Source: Felis catus (taxonomy: Eukaryota). Taken from it: 60,000 bases of DNA. The notes beneath the pieces were generated by a model that was not told the DNA's origin, searched no databases, and worked only from the letters and a program-made list of their open reading frames with translations. Where the stretch lies: assembly GCF_018350175.1 (NCBI RefSeq), contig NC_058368.1, forward strand, positions 73,286,001 to 73,346,000, in the 5' to 3' direction. Shown here piece by piece: positions 36,587 to 47,918 of this stretch. A program made the translations under genes and the position numbers. Positions within the stretch are counted from its first letter, which is position 1; each line of letters opens with the position of its first letter.

Positions 36587-37150
36587 CAGGCATTCTCAGC
36601 CTTGGGTCCATGATGGAACCCAAGGGGTTCAAAAACTTGCGTAAGAAAAAGGGAAAAAAATACATCTTTATTTTCATGAGCCTCTTAAATCTGTTTTCTT
36701 CGGTTACACATGTAAGCAGTACGCAGAGTAGTTATTAGCAGTTACTGTTTGTTACTTTGTCACCAACACAAGTATACCGTGCTAGCTCTGTTATTTAATG
36801 TTTATTTATTTTGAAAGAGCAAGAGCATGAGCAGGGGAAGGGCAGAGATAGAGAAGAAGAGAATCCCAAGCAAGTTCCACACGGTCAGTGCAGAGCCCCA
36901 GTGAGGCTCCATGTCACCAATGACGAGATGATGACCTGAGCCTAAATCAAGAGTGGGACGGTCGCTTAACCCACTGAGCCACCCAGGCGCCCCGGTTTTA
37001 ATACTTTTGATAACTATATTTCAACATAGTTTTCTTTGTAATCCTATATATTTCATTTTATGCGTTTGAAAACGTTGCTGAAAAGTCCCTAAACTTCACC
37101 AGATTGCCAAAAGAGTCTTTGGCACAAACTAAAAGTCTAAGATTACTCAG
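36587..37150 (+). mobile_element. Charlie4a-like hAT DNA transposon, interrupted by a SINE
   Basis: gggaaaaaaatacatctttattttca...actttgtcaccaa...ttgataactatatttcaa...cttcaccagattgccaaa. Confidence 0.75.
36795..36993 (-). mobile_element. Can-SINE
   Basis: SINE body ending gagccacccaggcgcccc; no obvious TSD. Confidence 0.9.
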
Positions 37151-37349
37151 GCGTGAATATAGACATAGATCATTAAAGAACCCGTAGTGCGGGCTGCAAG
37201 AAGCAATTGACAGCCACTGTGAACTTGAAAAAATGCAAATTGTTTCGATAATTGAGTGAACCTTAAAGAACAACCAGGAACTTCAATTTAAAGGGCCAAA
37301 AAGAATGTTGTTTAGAAATCTCGGAAGCCAAAGGTTAGCAATGATGATA

Positions 37350-38780
37350 GGAGCGGCCCGTTTCGGCCTCCTACGTTGTCACTGCCTAAGAGGCCAACTC
37401 AATGGCCAACAACCCACTTCCTGTTGACAGAGGCTCGGGTCTAATCCACCCTGTTCCTCCCAGTCTGGGCCGCGATCAAAGGGGTACACAAACCCTACAC
37501 CACAGAATCAAAAAACTGTCCTTCAAAAATGTATACCGGGGCAAATCGCCGATATCCTACGACTCCAGGGGGTTTAGCGTTCGAGAGTCGGCTCCCTTTC
37601 CTCGGGGCAGCTGGGACTCCTGCAGCAGCAGACCGAAAACTTTCGTCCACAACTTGAAGTTAGGAAGGGTTTCCGCTACCCCAGGCCGGCGGCTCATTTC
37701 CTTCCCTGTCCCTCGGAGAGGGTTTCTCCCGGGACTCACAGACCCTTCCCTCGGAGCGCAGCCCTCTCCTAAAAAAAAAAAATCCCAAGTGCAGGTCTCT
37801 TTAAGACCCCAAGTCTAAGAGCCGAAATCTCCAGCACCGGAGCCAGACTCCGCCTCCTTCTCTGCGGCCCGGGCAACACTCGGGCCCAGGTCCTGAGAGC
37901 GGCGCCGTTGGGTTACGTAGCGGCACGTGATTGGCCGCCTCCCCCTGGCGGGCCGGGATTGGCCGGCGCCCGGCCCCGCCCCTCGCCCCAGCCCAGGCCC
38001 GCGGCCGCCCGGGTGTCCTCGCGCCGCTCGTCCACGCGCAGCCTGGCAGTTTGCCTCTTCCTCGTCCTGCAGCCTGCGTCCATGGCCACCGCAGCGGCCG
38101 AGGAGCCCTTCCCCTTCCACGGCCTCCTGCCCAAGAAAGAGACCGGGGCCGCCTCCTTCCTCTGTCGCTACCCAGAGTATGACGGGCGGGGGGTGCTCAT
38201 CGCCGTCCTGGACACGGGGGTGGACCCCGGGGCTCCTGGCATGCAGGTGCGGCAGCCGCGGAGGGCGCGGGGGCGCGGGCGGCCGGCTGGCCGGCGGGCT
38301 GGCGGGGGACGTGGAGGGGACGCAGCCTCGCAGCGCGGCAGGCCGAAGCCCGCGCTGCGGCCGAGCGGGAGCCGGCACCGGGAGGAGGCATGGGGGCTCG
38401 GGCTGGGCCGTCAGCCCGGCCCAGACAAAAGCGGCGTGCCAGGCGCGGCTGGCCGGGGTGCCTGGGTCCGCCTTTCGCCCAGGAAGCCCCTTCCTGCCCA
38501 GGTGCTGCCAGGCCCGGGCTCCGGGGCCGCTTCCCGCCGCGCTGCCTTCCTCCGCAGGTCCCTAGTGTCTCGGGCACCGGCCCGTGCCTACTGTTTTTTA
38601 ACGGGGATTTTACAATTTTTATTAGTTGTCGGGGGTGGGGGCGGGGAGGAAACAGAACAGTGGCGAACGACCTATCAGAACCTTTTTATTCCTGTCGTTC
38701 GGGGGATTTGGTTCTGGGGAGAATTGTTGGTCTTTAGCACCAAAGCCGGGTTTCGAGAAGATAACTCGGTCAACTTCCTC
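37350..38780. promoter_or_regulatory. CpG island / TATA-less TPP2 promoter
   Basis: Sharp rise in GC and CpG density over exon 1; E-box CACGTG 37924-37929, inverted CCAAT boxes (ATTGG) 37930-37934 and 37958-37962, GC box CCCCGCCCC 37974-37982. Confidence 0.9.
38082..38246 (+). CDS. TPP2: Tripeptidyl-peptidase II, coding exon 1 (aa 1-55, includes catalytic Asp44)
   Basis: ATG at 38082; translates [55 protein letters not shown], the TPP2 N-terminus with the subtilase IAVLDTG motif; donor CAG/GTGCGG; inside a CpG island. Confidence 0.98.
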
Positions 38781-40428
38781 TGGTAGTTTCCTCTGGTAGT
38801 TTTATGTGTTCTATTTTTAAACCATCTTCTGCACTGTACTTGTTTAGGGTCATTGAAGCGCATGGCTTCGTCTTTGTTTTACATAAGAACCCAATTTAGT
38901 TTGTTTTTGGCCAACTCTTCAGGCTCTATTAAATTAGGCTTCTTTAATTTTTTTATCTCCAAATATAAGACAACATACTTTAATTACGATTTTTAAAAAT
39001 TGCTTAATTTTGCCAGAAGCACCTTTGAAATCTTTAAAGTACTGTACCAAAAGGTAATTTTTTTAAAAATGTGTTTCTTGATTAAAAGTATTCTGTCTAA
39101 AGTCTTTGAAGTTTGGCTTCTGTAGATTTCGCCTTAGCATTTAATGAAATACAGTCATAAACAAAATATCACTGTTGAAGATCCATCTTTTAAAAATCTA
39201 ATCTGGATGTAATCCTCTCCCTCTGGTCAACCCTTCATCTGTGTATCTTACTCTCCTTTCTTCACTATACTCTGAAGTTTAGTAATTCTCTCCCTCCCCC
39301 AAGTCCCCTCTGGCCTCTGGATCCTTTATTGCACTTTCCAATAATCGAGGAAGCATTTTGGAGGTTAAGATGTGGTGCTGGGGAGGGGGCGGGAAGGGGA
39401 ACCAGTCTGACTGTACAGGATCCCTTTAGGAATCTTGCTTTCTCCTGTTAAGTCTTCAGCAGCACTCTGGAGTACAACACACCTTGGGCTTTTGGGACCA
39501 GGAAGCTTTGGTGAATCAGAATAGGGAGTCATACTGTTGGTAGCTCTAGTGATACAGTTGTTGCATTAATAACTCTGAAGCCTTGCAACAGTGACAGCTA
39601 TCACCTCATTGAGGCTTGATTGCAGAGTGGTCATGGTTTCCATTCTGTCCTAGGGTATGTTTACTTTTTATAGGGATAAGTGGGAGGAGAACAGCTGGGG
39701 TAAGTGGTTCACTGGTTCTTTTGTCAGGATAATAAAAGGATCAGGAGAGTTTGGAGGAGTACTGTCTCAGTAAAAATGCTTTTGTAGAATTTCCCAGTCT
39801 GCTTATCACTTTGTTCCGTTACTCTCTGTAAAGTAACAGCAGTTCTCAACACAGTGTTGCTGTGGACATTGATTGAGAAGATTAATTACATGTGACTTTT
39901 TCAAATGCTCAAGCAGAGTATTAAGTAAACACTGATTTTTTTTTTTTTAAGCAAGTTTATTTAGGAGTTTAGGTTGGGATTTTAATCACCCACTGTGTGA
40001 ATTATAAATACACACTAGATATTGGCATGTAATAACAAATGTTCAAGCAGTAAAATATTGAAATAAAATGAAAACGTAACTCTTGTCTTCCAACAACTTT
40101 AACTCTGAGATACTGACATAAATATGACCAGTTAAAGAAATTCAGTACAGTGGCTTGCACATGAGTGAATTTTCAAGGTTTTTTCCCCCTGTTTTTGCCA
40201 ATTTATTTTGTAGTTCCGTGTATACATCATTAAGATGAGAAAGTGGATAGAAATAGGAAGGAAAGAAAAAAAGGAGTGGACATTTAGAATGCCAGGTGGG
40301 GTCTGCATGGAGGACCAGAGATACAAATAAACCCTTTGGAGATGGCAATGGGGTGTCATTCTTCAGTGACTGCTTTGGGCCCAGTGGTCTTTTGTGACAG
40401 CTGTCTGGGCTTGTGAAAAGCAGAGGGT

Positions 40429-40622
40429 GGGGGCACTTGGATGCTTCAGTCGGTTAAGCGTCTGACTCTTGGTTTCGGCTCAGGTCACGATGTCACAGTT
40501 CGTGGGATCGAGCCCCTCATGGGACTCTGCACTGACAGTGCAGAGCCTGCTTGGGATCCTCTCTCCCTCTCTGCCCCTCCCCTGCGCATTCTCTCTCACT
40601 CTCTCAAAATAAACTTCAAAAA
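40429..40622 (+). mobile_element. Can-SINE in TPP2 intron 1 (sense)
   Basis: TSD aaaag(c/t)agaggg. Confidence 0.92.
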
Positions 40623-43448
40623 AAAGTAGAGGGCAGACAGCATGAAAGGAGTAATAAGTGCATAAATGATTACATCTTTCCTCATCGAATATCCAGGCAC
40701 CTGGCAGGTGCCCAAGGGTGAGTTAAAAGCCGTCCTCCTGCAGGCGTCACCAGGATTGATCAGGGGCCAGTGAGAGCTGGCTTTGAGGCCGAGATGGGAC
40801 TTGCACTGACCTGGAAAGAATACACAGTGGCCAGTTGGTCTCCTGCCACCAGTCTTCTCTTGGCTCCACCCTTTACAATGCCAGATTATTTTCCTTAGAA
40901 AAAATAAGAAACTGCTTCTGTAACACCCTTGTGTAATACAAAACAAAGCACTTAATTTTGGCATTCTAGTTGCCTTTGCCTAAAAATTCCAGAATTTGAA
41001 TTTTGTGTGGCGCTTCTCCGTGCAGCTTGACCTCCTCGTGGTGCTTTGCTTCTCACTGTTTGCCCTATGCTTCCATCCAGAACATTCCACCCTTTCCACT
41101 CACCCCGTGTTTCAGGCCTTTCCTCAACACATGAGTTAATCTGCCCGCAAGCCTTCCACCCTCACCTGTAACTTGCTTAATCCGTTAAGACCCACCTGGG
41201 TCTTGACCCTATTAGCTTTTGGGACCTCTACTGGCTGAATTAAGACCCCAGCATATATCTACACGTGTGTGCCCAGCATTGTGTTTGACCCAAGGCTTCA
41301 GGATGAATAAGGCCCATCCTTACCAACAGTTATTTGGGTGCTTTTTTTCTTTTTGCTTTCCTAGCAATGTGTTCATATCCCCCCTCCCCGCTCCCCTGTA
41401 GCGCTTAAAATGTTTCATTTTAGTATTTCTGTTTACGTAACCTTTTTTCCTGCATAAGTTAAAATTCTTTGACAGCATATGTCCAAATGCATTTTGTAGG
41501 AGACGTGCCTATCACATTATTTTTGTTGAATGAGAAAAAAAAAATGTGTGCACAACGTGCATAATTTCCTCATGGAGAAAAAAATGGCTTGGGGAAGGTT
41601 ACAAGTGGTCCTGTAAAAATCTTTGTTTTTACATTTCCTGAAGTAATAAAGTAAATCATAGATACATAATTGGTTACAAATGTTGGATGCTATGCAGTTG
41701 GTTTTAATTTTTATTACCTTTCTCGCGGTTAGTCTTCCCTAATTCCCCCAAGCTGGGTTTTATATTCTTACATGCTTTCGTACACACTGTCCTTACCTTT
41801 TTTATTTATTGTCCTGTGTTGCAGTTATCTCTTTACTAATCTGTTTTCCAACTGGATTGTAAGCTTTCTGAAAGCGGAGCCTGTCTGATTCATTCATCAT
41901 TACGTCCTCAGAATAAGTCATTTAATAGTACTTGCTTATGAAATATCTTCCCTTGCTTAAAAGAATATTTTCAAGTAAATGCTTCTACATTCATCTTGTT
42001 TTGTTCAGGATGATTTGCAACTCCCCTTTCCCGCTTTCTTCTGATCCTCGTGTTTAATGACGGGAGCTCCCAGCCCTCACCAGCTTCCTCACCATAATCA
42101 ATTCAGTGGAGACACAAAGTGACTTAGAGTCTTGACGTGAGGGAAACCTTTGGGCAATTTCTGTTTTGTTTGTCCAGCATAGCCCCCTAGGCCTTTCTCA
42201 GTCCCCCACCCCAATGCACATGGCGTACTACCCTAGCTCTGCTCATAACATCCTCCTCCTCCCCCTGCAAAGATGAGGGAATTCATTCTGATGGTAGCAG
42301 TTCACTGTCCTACTTCTCCCAAAGCTCCATTGCAAAATCCTCAGCCGGTTTGCCTTTTTTAACACCTCTCCTCCCTAACCCCAAATTCCCTCTTGTGTCT
42401 TATTGTCTCCAGTGGTGTGGTTTCCTTTACCTAATGGAGAAAGAAGTACAGGGATAGAAAAGTGCATATGTAAGAAGTTGTAATGAAAGAGACAGACTAA
42501 TAAGTAAAGCTGGTGGCAATAGTAGATGGTAAATAAGTCACCAAATCCCATTAGGTTTTCTTCCTTTGCTCACACACTGATAATGAGGTTTCTAATGAGA
42601 GGGATCTGTTGTCTGGCTTGTTAGTGATCTCTTGTGATTCTTGATCTCAAGTCACTGAAGTTGTTTGCTCGTTGAGAAGATAAAGATAGTTGATTGTGTT
42701 CCTAGTGCTATGGCTTAGCTTTCAAGTTACAGACTTATTTGGAATACATTTTGAAATCGATTATTTTCTTACGTGATTTAGCTAGTTTTAATTTTATAAG
42801 GGAGTATTTCCATTTTGTATTTTGGTTGATTTTCTTATATTTTCCTTCATTTATTTTATTTCCAAAGATGCTTAGCCAATCCCTTCAAAGCCAGTAGCGG
42901 ATTTAATCAGTTAATTTTATCATGATCTTATCAGAATTTGGTTTGACTTCCAAAGTCATTTTTTTAAACTGATTTTGAGCCTCCTGAGTATATTAGTTAT
43001 TTTGTTACTAGTATAGACAATTTCCAAGAAATAAGTATCCAGCTTAAAGTTTCCGTTAAAAAATTTAAAAAAGGCAGCTGTACCTGGGAGGCCTTTATGG
43101 CCCCAGGTGGTTCTATAGCAATGTAGTTGGAGGAAGATTTGGGGCCCGCCAAGAACCTCTTTGCTTCTGCCTCATAAAGAAAAACTTGTGCCTTTGTTTC
43201 CTCTACGTGGTAACTTTCCCTCTCCTCCCTTGGTAACCCTTACCTACAGGGCTTTGAGGACACTACAGTGGGAGAAGTGCCTGGAAAGACACACAGAGGG
43301 ACACTTAGCTTGATCTTAAAGAGTGTGAATGTGAATTCTCTGGGTGGAAAGGAGTTGGAAGACCTTGTGCTTCTCTGATGCTCTTGGCATTTTTTTTGCG
43401 TTCCCTTTTTTCTCCGCCCCCCTCCTTGAGGATAGGCAGGGGGTTGTC

Positions 43449-43672
43449 TTTTTTTTTTTAATTTTTTTTTTAACATTTATTTATTTTTGAGACAGAGAGA
43501 GACAGAGCATGAGTGGGGGAGGGGCAGAGAGAGGGAGACACAGAATCTAAAACAGGTTCCAGGCTCTGAGCTGTCAGCCCAGAGCCCAATGCGGGGCTCG
43601 AACTCACGGACCGCGAGATCATGACCTGAGCTGAAGTCGGCCGCTTAACCGACTGAGCCACCCAGGCGCCCC
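43449..43672 (-). mobile_element. Young felid Can-SINE in TPP2 intron 1 (antisense)
   Basis: Near consensus; TSD gggg(g/a)ttgtcttttt. Confidence 0.95.
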
Positions 43673-43929
43673 GGGGGATTGTCTTTTTCCGGTCGTCTTT
43701 GTGTCTCCCGGCCTGACGATTCCCTGCTGGTAACTCAGTACCTCTATCTTGAATGCTACAGATTCCCTTTGCAAAGCAAGCCAAGAAGTGATTTTTCCAA
43801 CAAAAGCAGTGTGGAAATACAGGACTGCTGTCACCTGTAGTAGTCTGCATGGCCCCAAAGAAAATTTGTGAACTGGCCAAGAAACCAGGCCTTAGAAAAA
43901 TCAGTCTTAATGCTGAGCAGTTTGTGTCA

Positions 43930-45130
43930 GATCATTCAGTAATTAAATCTGTATTGAGCACCAACCAGGCACTGCTAGGTTTGGGAGAATTTGGTGAATA
44001 AAATAGACCTAGTCCTTGCCCTTAGGGAACTTACTTTCTAATAGTGGAAATAGATGAGGAATCAGCTAACTGTAGAATTACAAATTCTGTGAGGGAAACA
44101 AGGCCCAGTGAGGAGGAATAAGGCTCAGGTTTAGGGTGGTGACTGCCCACAGAAGAGGTCATCACGGAGGCCTTCTGAAGAGGTGACATTTTAGTAGAAG
44201 GCCGAAAGATGAGATGGGGATTTCTATGGAACAGCTGAAGGGACAGACAGAGGATCCCAAGCGGAAGGACTGTGTGCACAGAGTCGTGGGACAGGGAAAG
44301 GTTGGCACGTGGCAGGAACTGAGAGGAGGCCAGTGCGGTTACAGTGGTCCAGGGCTACGGTGGAACGGGTCGCTCAGAGGCTTTTGTGCTGAGTGCGGGA
44401 GCTCCATGGCAGGGGGCCGCATGGGAGCTGGCGGCTGCCATTGCACAGCTTGTCCTCTTGCTTCTGGTGCAGGCCACGAACGCACCCTGGAGACCTGCAC
44501 AGAGCATCAGTGTCAGGAAGGCAAGAGGTGGTGGTGGGGAGAGGGTTGGGATAGCGGTGGCGAAAATCCAGAGAAGATGGACTCGAACTGTATTTTAGAG
44601 GTGGAATGAAGATGACTTCCTGACAGATTTGATGTGGGCAGCAAACCAGAGAAAGGAATCCGAGAAGGACGTTGAACTCTCTGGTTTGAGCAACTGGGTA
44701 TGTGCGGATTCCTGAGATGGCAGAGCCTGGAGGGAAGGAAGTTCGAATGTTAAGTTTGAACTTTGGACTTAACGAAGTTTGAGTGCCGGTGGGCATCCTG
44801 TAATGAAATGTCATTACATGTTTTCCCCTGAAGGTTTGTGCTTGTCGGGCCCAGAGCTTACCTTCTTCAGATCTTTTCTCAGATGTTACCTTCTCAGTGA
44901 GATCTTTCTTAACCAACCTAGTTACTGAAAACCCCACGCTACCTCCTCCTTCTCCTTAATTTTTCTCCATAATAATTATCACCATCTGGCGTTAGGTATC
45001 TGACATGTTAATTGAGTAGAACAGAAGATCTGTGAGACCAGGGACTTCTAGGTATTGATCATTACTGTGTGTGTGTCCCCAACACCTAAACGAGTGGCCT
45101 GTGGTAAATGCTTAGTAAGTATTTATTAAC
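43930..45130. mobile_element. L2 fragments (antisense ~43930-44810, sense ~44810-45130)
   Basis: tattgagcaccaaccaggcactg and ttcctgacagatttgatgtgg (antisense); accttctcagtgag...taaatgcttagtaagtatttatt (sense 3' end). Confidence 0.7.
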
Positions 45131-45364
45131 TGTGTAAAATCACTTGAAGGATTCTTTGTTTTTCATGAGTAATTTTTTTGTAAGTATCTCTCCAGCTTTT
45201 GGCTTAAAACAACTCAATTTTCTTTTTTAAATGAATGCAGATTTTATAGGGTATTTTATGTATGTGTACATGTGTGCACACATATATGGGGGTTGGCATT
45301 GCTTTTTATAATGATTAAGAAACTAAATCTATAATTCATATTTCAATTATCCCTTCATTTTCAG

Positions 45365-45493
45365 GTCACAACTGATGGAAAACCAAAAATCATCGATATC
45401 ATTGATACAACAGGAAGTGGTGATGTGAATACTGCTACAGTAGTAGAGCCCAAAGATGGTGAGATTATTGGTCTTTCAGGAAGAGTGCTCAAG
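45365..45493 (+). CDS. TPP2: TPP2 coding exon 2 (aa 56-98)
   Basis: Acceptor ttcattttcag, donor AAG/gttaga; 129 nt; [43 protein letters not shown]. Confidence 0.97.
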
Positions 45494-45594
45494 GTTAGAG
45501 CTTTAATCTTTTAATTGAATTTTTCTTTCCTTTTTTTGTACTGTTGCCTCAAAGCATTTAGTGTTTTTAGCTTATGTTTACTGGTAGGTTACTA

Positions 45595-46060
45595 GTTACC
45601 TGTTGCTGTTTAACAGATTACCCCCAAAACTTCATGCTTTAAAACAACAAACATTTATCATCTCACAATTTCTGCGTGTCAGTAATCTGGGTTTGACTTA
45701 GCTGGGTGCCGCTTGTTTAAGATCTCTCCTGAGCTTGGCCAGGGCTGCAGTTTCATCTGAAGGCTCAGCCTGAGTGGGGAAGGGGAGTCTGTTGCAAGCT
45801 CACTCAAGTGGTTATTGGCAGGCTTAGGGTCCTCTCCACAGGGCTGCTATACGCCATGTAGCTGTCTTCCCCCTGGGTGAGTAGTCCAGGAGAGTACCCA
45901 AGATGGAGGCCATGGTCTTTTTACATATTAATCTTGGGATTCACATTCCATTGCTTCTGCCATTTTGTTTTCATTGGAAATGAGCCATGAAACCCAGCAC
46001 ACACTTAAAGGGGAAGGGAATTTCACGAGAGCATGAGGACCAGGGGTCATCTTAGAAGAA
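45595..46060 (-). mobile_element. MaLR solo LTR (MLT1F/G-like)
   Basis: gttacctgttgctgtttaacagattacccccaaaact...aaaacaacaaacatttatcatctcac. Confidence 0.75.
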
Positions 46061-46519
46061 GTCATTTGTTTTGTTGTGTGACAGTGGGCTTAGAATTAGG
46101 ATATATTTTTCATTGTGGTTGCCAAATTCTAAAAATTTTTAAGTTTTGGATAGAAAGATGGGAAAAGTGACCAGGTTATAGTTTTGCCTTGTTTCCTGTT
46201 CCTTCTGAGAACTTGAACAGGAAATATTTATGATTTAATCATTGTGGACTTAAGTGACTGGCTTTGTGTTAACTCTATGTGCTTGGTAGAAAGGTGAGCT
46301 AACATGAAAAATGATTAGATTGCTAACATAAAGCAATTCATGAGATGTTAGCTAATGAGCTTATAGATGTCAAGAATTTGATTGTGGTTTGGTATTTTAA
46401 ACCAATAAGCAGAATTAGTTTGGAAAATGAATTTGTGCTTATTTATATGTTTAAAGAGCTGTATTTAACTCTGGCCATCTTTTACCGTCTCTCTGAATTA
46501 TGTTTAGGCATCCTCTTCT

Positions 46520-47055
46520 GGATAAGGTTGTTGTGCTATGTAGTGAGTTAACACAAATTCAGCTGCTTAAAGCTACATACATTCCTGCATTTATTATTTT
46601 ACTGTTTCCACGGGTCAGCACTGCTTTCTGTGGTTCTCTGGTCAGTGTCTCACAAGACTATACTCAGGTATTGGTTGGAACTGTGGTTTCATCTGAGGCC
46701 AGGATCCTCTTCCAACTTCATTCTTCTTGTTGGAAGAATATATTTTTCTTGCAGCTATTGGAGCTCACCACAGTTTGCTTCTTCCAGGCCAGCAGGAGAA
46801 TCTCTCTGACCATTGGGATGGCCCCTGTCTCTGTTTTAAGGAGCCTACCTGATTAGGTAGGCTCACCAGGGCAGTCTCCTTTTTTATTAAATCAGTCACC
46901 TGATTACAGACCTTAATTGTATCTGCACAATGCCTTCACCTTTGCTATATTACTTACCATAATACAGTCACAGGAGTGCTAGTCACAGGCCCTGCCTTTA
47001 CCAAGGGGAGAGGACTATACAAGGGCATGGGTCTTCTTGAGAATCTGCTACCATA
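46520..47055 (-). mobile_element. MaLR solo LTR (MLT1E-like)
   Basis: tcatctgaggccagg...ttcttgcagct...gaccttaattgtatctgca...aaggggagaggactatacaagg. Confidence 0.65.
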
Positions 47056-47079
47056 GGCACACAGCAGGCATTAACATCC

Positions 47080-47445
47080 AGGACTGAATTGCTTGTATGA
47101 CCCCAAAAGTCATATGTTGAAGCCCTGACACCCAATTTGATAGTATTTGGAGATGGTGTTAGGGGTAGATGAGCTCATGGGAGCGAGCCCCTCATGACAG
47201 GATTAGTCTGTTCGTTCGTTCTCTCTCTCTCTCTCTCTCTCTCCCTCCCTCCCTCCCTCCCTCCCTCCCGTGTGAGAATACAGTGAGAAGGCTGTGCCTG
47301 CAAGTTAGGAAGAGTCTCCCCAGAACCTGACCATGCTGGCGCTCTAATCCCATGCCCCCAGCCTTCAGAACTAAGAAAATAAATTTCTGGTGTTTGAGCT
47401 ACCCAGTATTCTATGGTATTTTCTTATGGTGCCTGAGGTAAGACA
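47080..47445 (+). mobile_element. MaLR solo LTR (MLT1A-like)
   Basis: ggactgaattg...catatgttgaagccctgacacccaat...gtatttggagatgg...aataaatttctg...taagaca. Confidence 0.8.
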
Positions 47446-47456
47446 CCATCTGCCGA

Positions 47457-47514
47457 AAGAAAGAAAGAAAGAAAGGAGGGAGGGAGGGAGGGAGGGAGGG
47501 AAGGAAGGAAGGAA
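47457..47514. repeat. Polypurine (GAAA)n(GGGA)n(GGAA)n tract
   Basis: Read directly. Confidence 0.9.
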
Positions 47515-47731
47515 GATTGTAAACTAGAGGGAAAGGAATTTCTGCACATCTGCATTATTCTGAGGTTTTGCCTGCCTTCCCCAAGTCTGTGTTGTTATTT
47601 AGACTATATTTCAGAGAAGACACATTGGGATTCCTGTGAGTTACATTCTTTGGGAAATTAGGGAATGCTTCTAGTAGGTTCCAAAGATTTAGAATCCTGT
47701 AAAGTTTTGTCCTCAATTGTTGTTGTTGTTT

Positions 47732-47918
47732 TATAAGTTTATTTTATGAGAGAGAGAGAGCGAGAGAGCGAGCCGGGGAGGGGCAGAGAGAGAGAATCCC
47801 AAGCAGGCTCCACACATTGTGGAGCCCGACATGGGGCTCGAACCCATGAACTGTGAGATCATGACCTGAGCTGAATTCAAGAGTCGGACACTTAACCGAC
47901 TGAGCCACCCAGGCACCC
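47732..47918 (-). mobile_element. Can-SINE in TPP2 intron 2 (antisense)
   Basis: TSD ctca(a/g)ttgtt. Confidence 0.92.

Noticed and set aside
37815..38737. Overlapping Pro/Arg/Gly-rich ORFs on both strands
   Set aside because: Typical CpG-island artefacts with no recognisable protein.
37908..38786. 292-aa ORF suggesting an N-terminally extended, intron-reading TPP2
   Set aside because: Starts at TTG within promoter motifs, probably upstream of the transcription start, and runs past the exon 1 donor; stop-poor GC-rich CpG island sequence explains the length. Only 38082-38246 matches TPP2.
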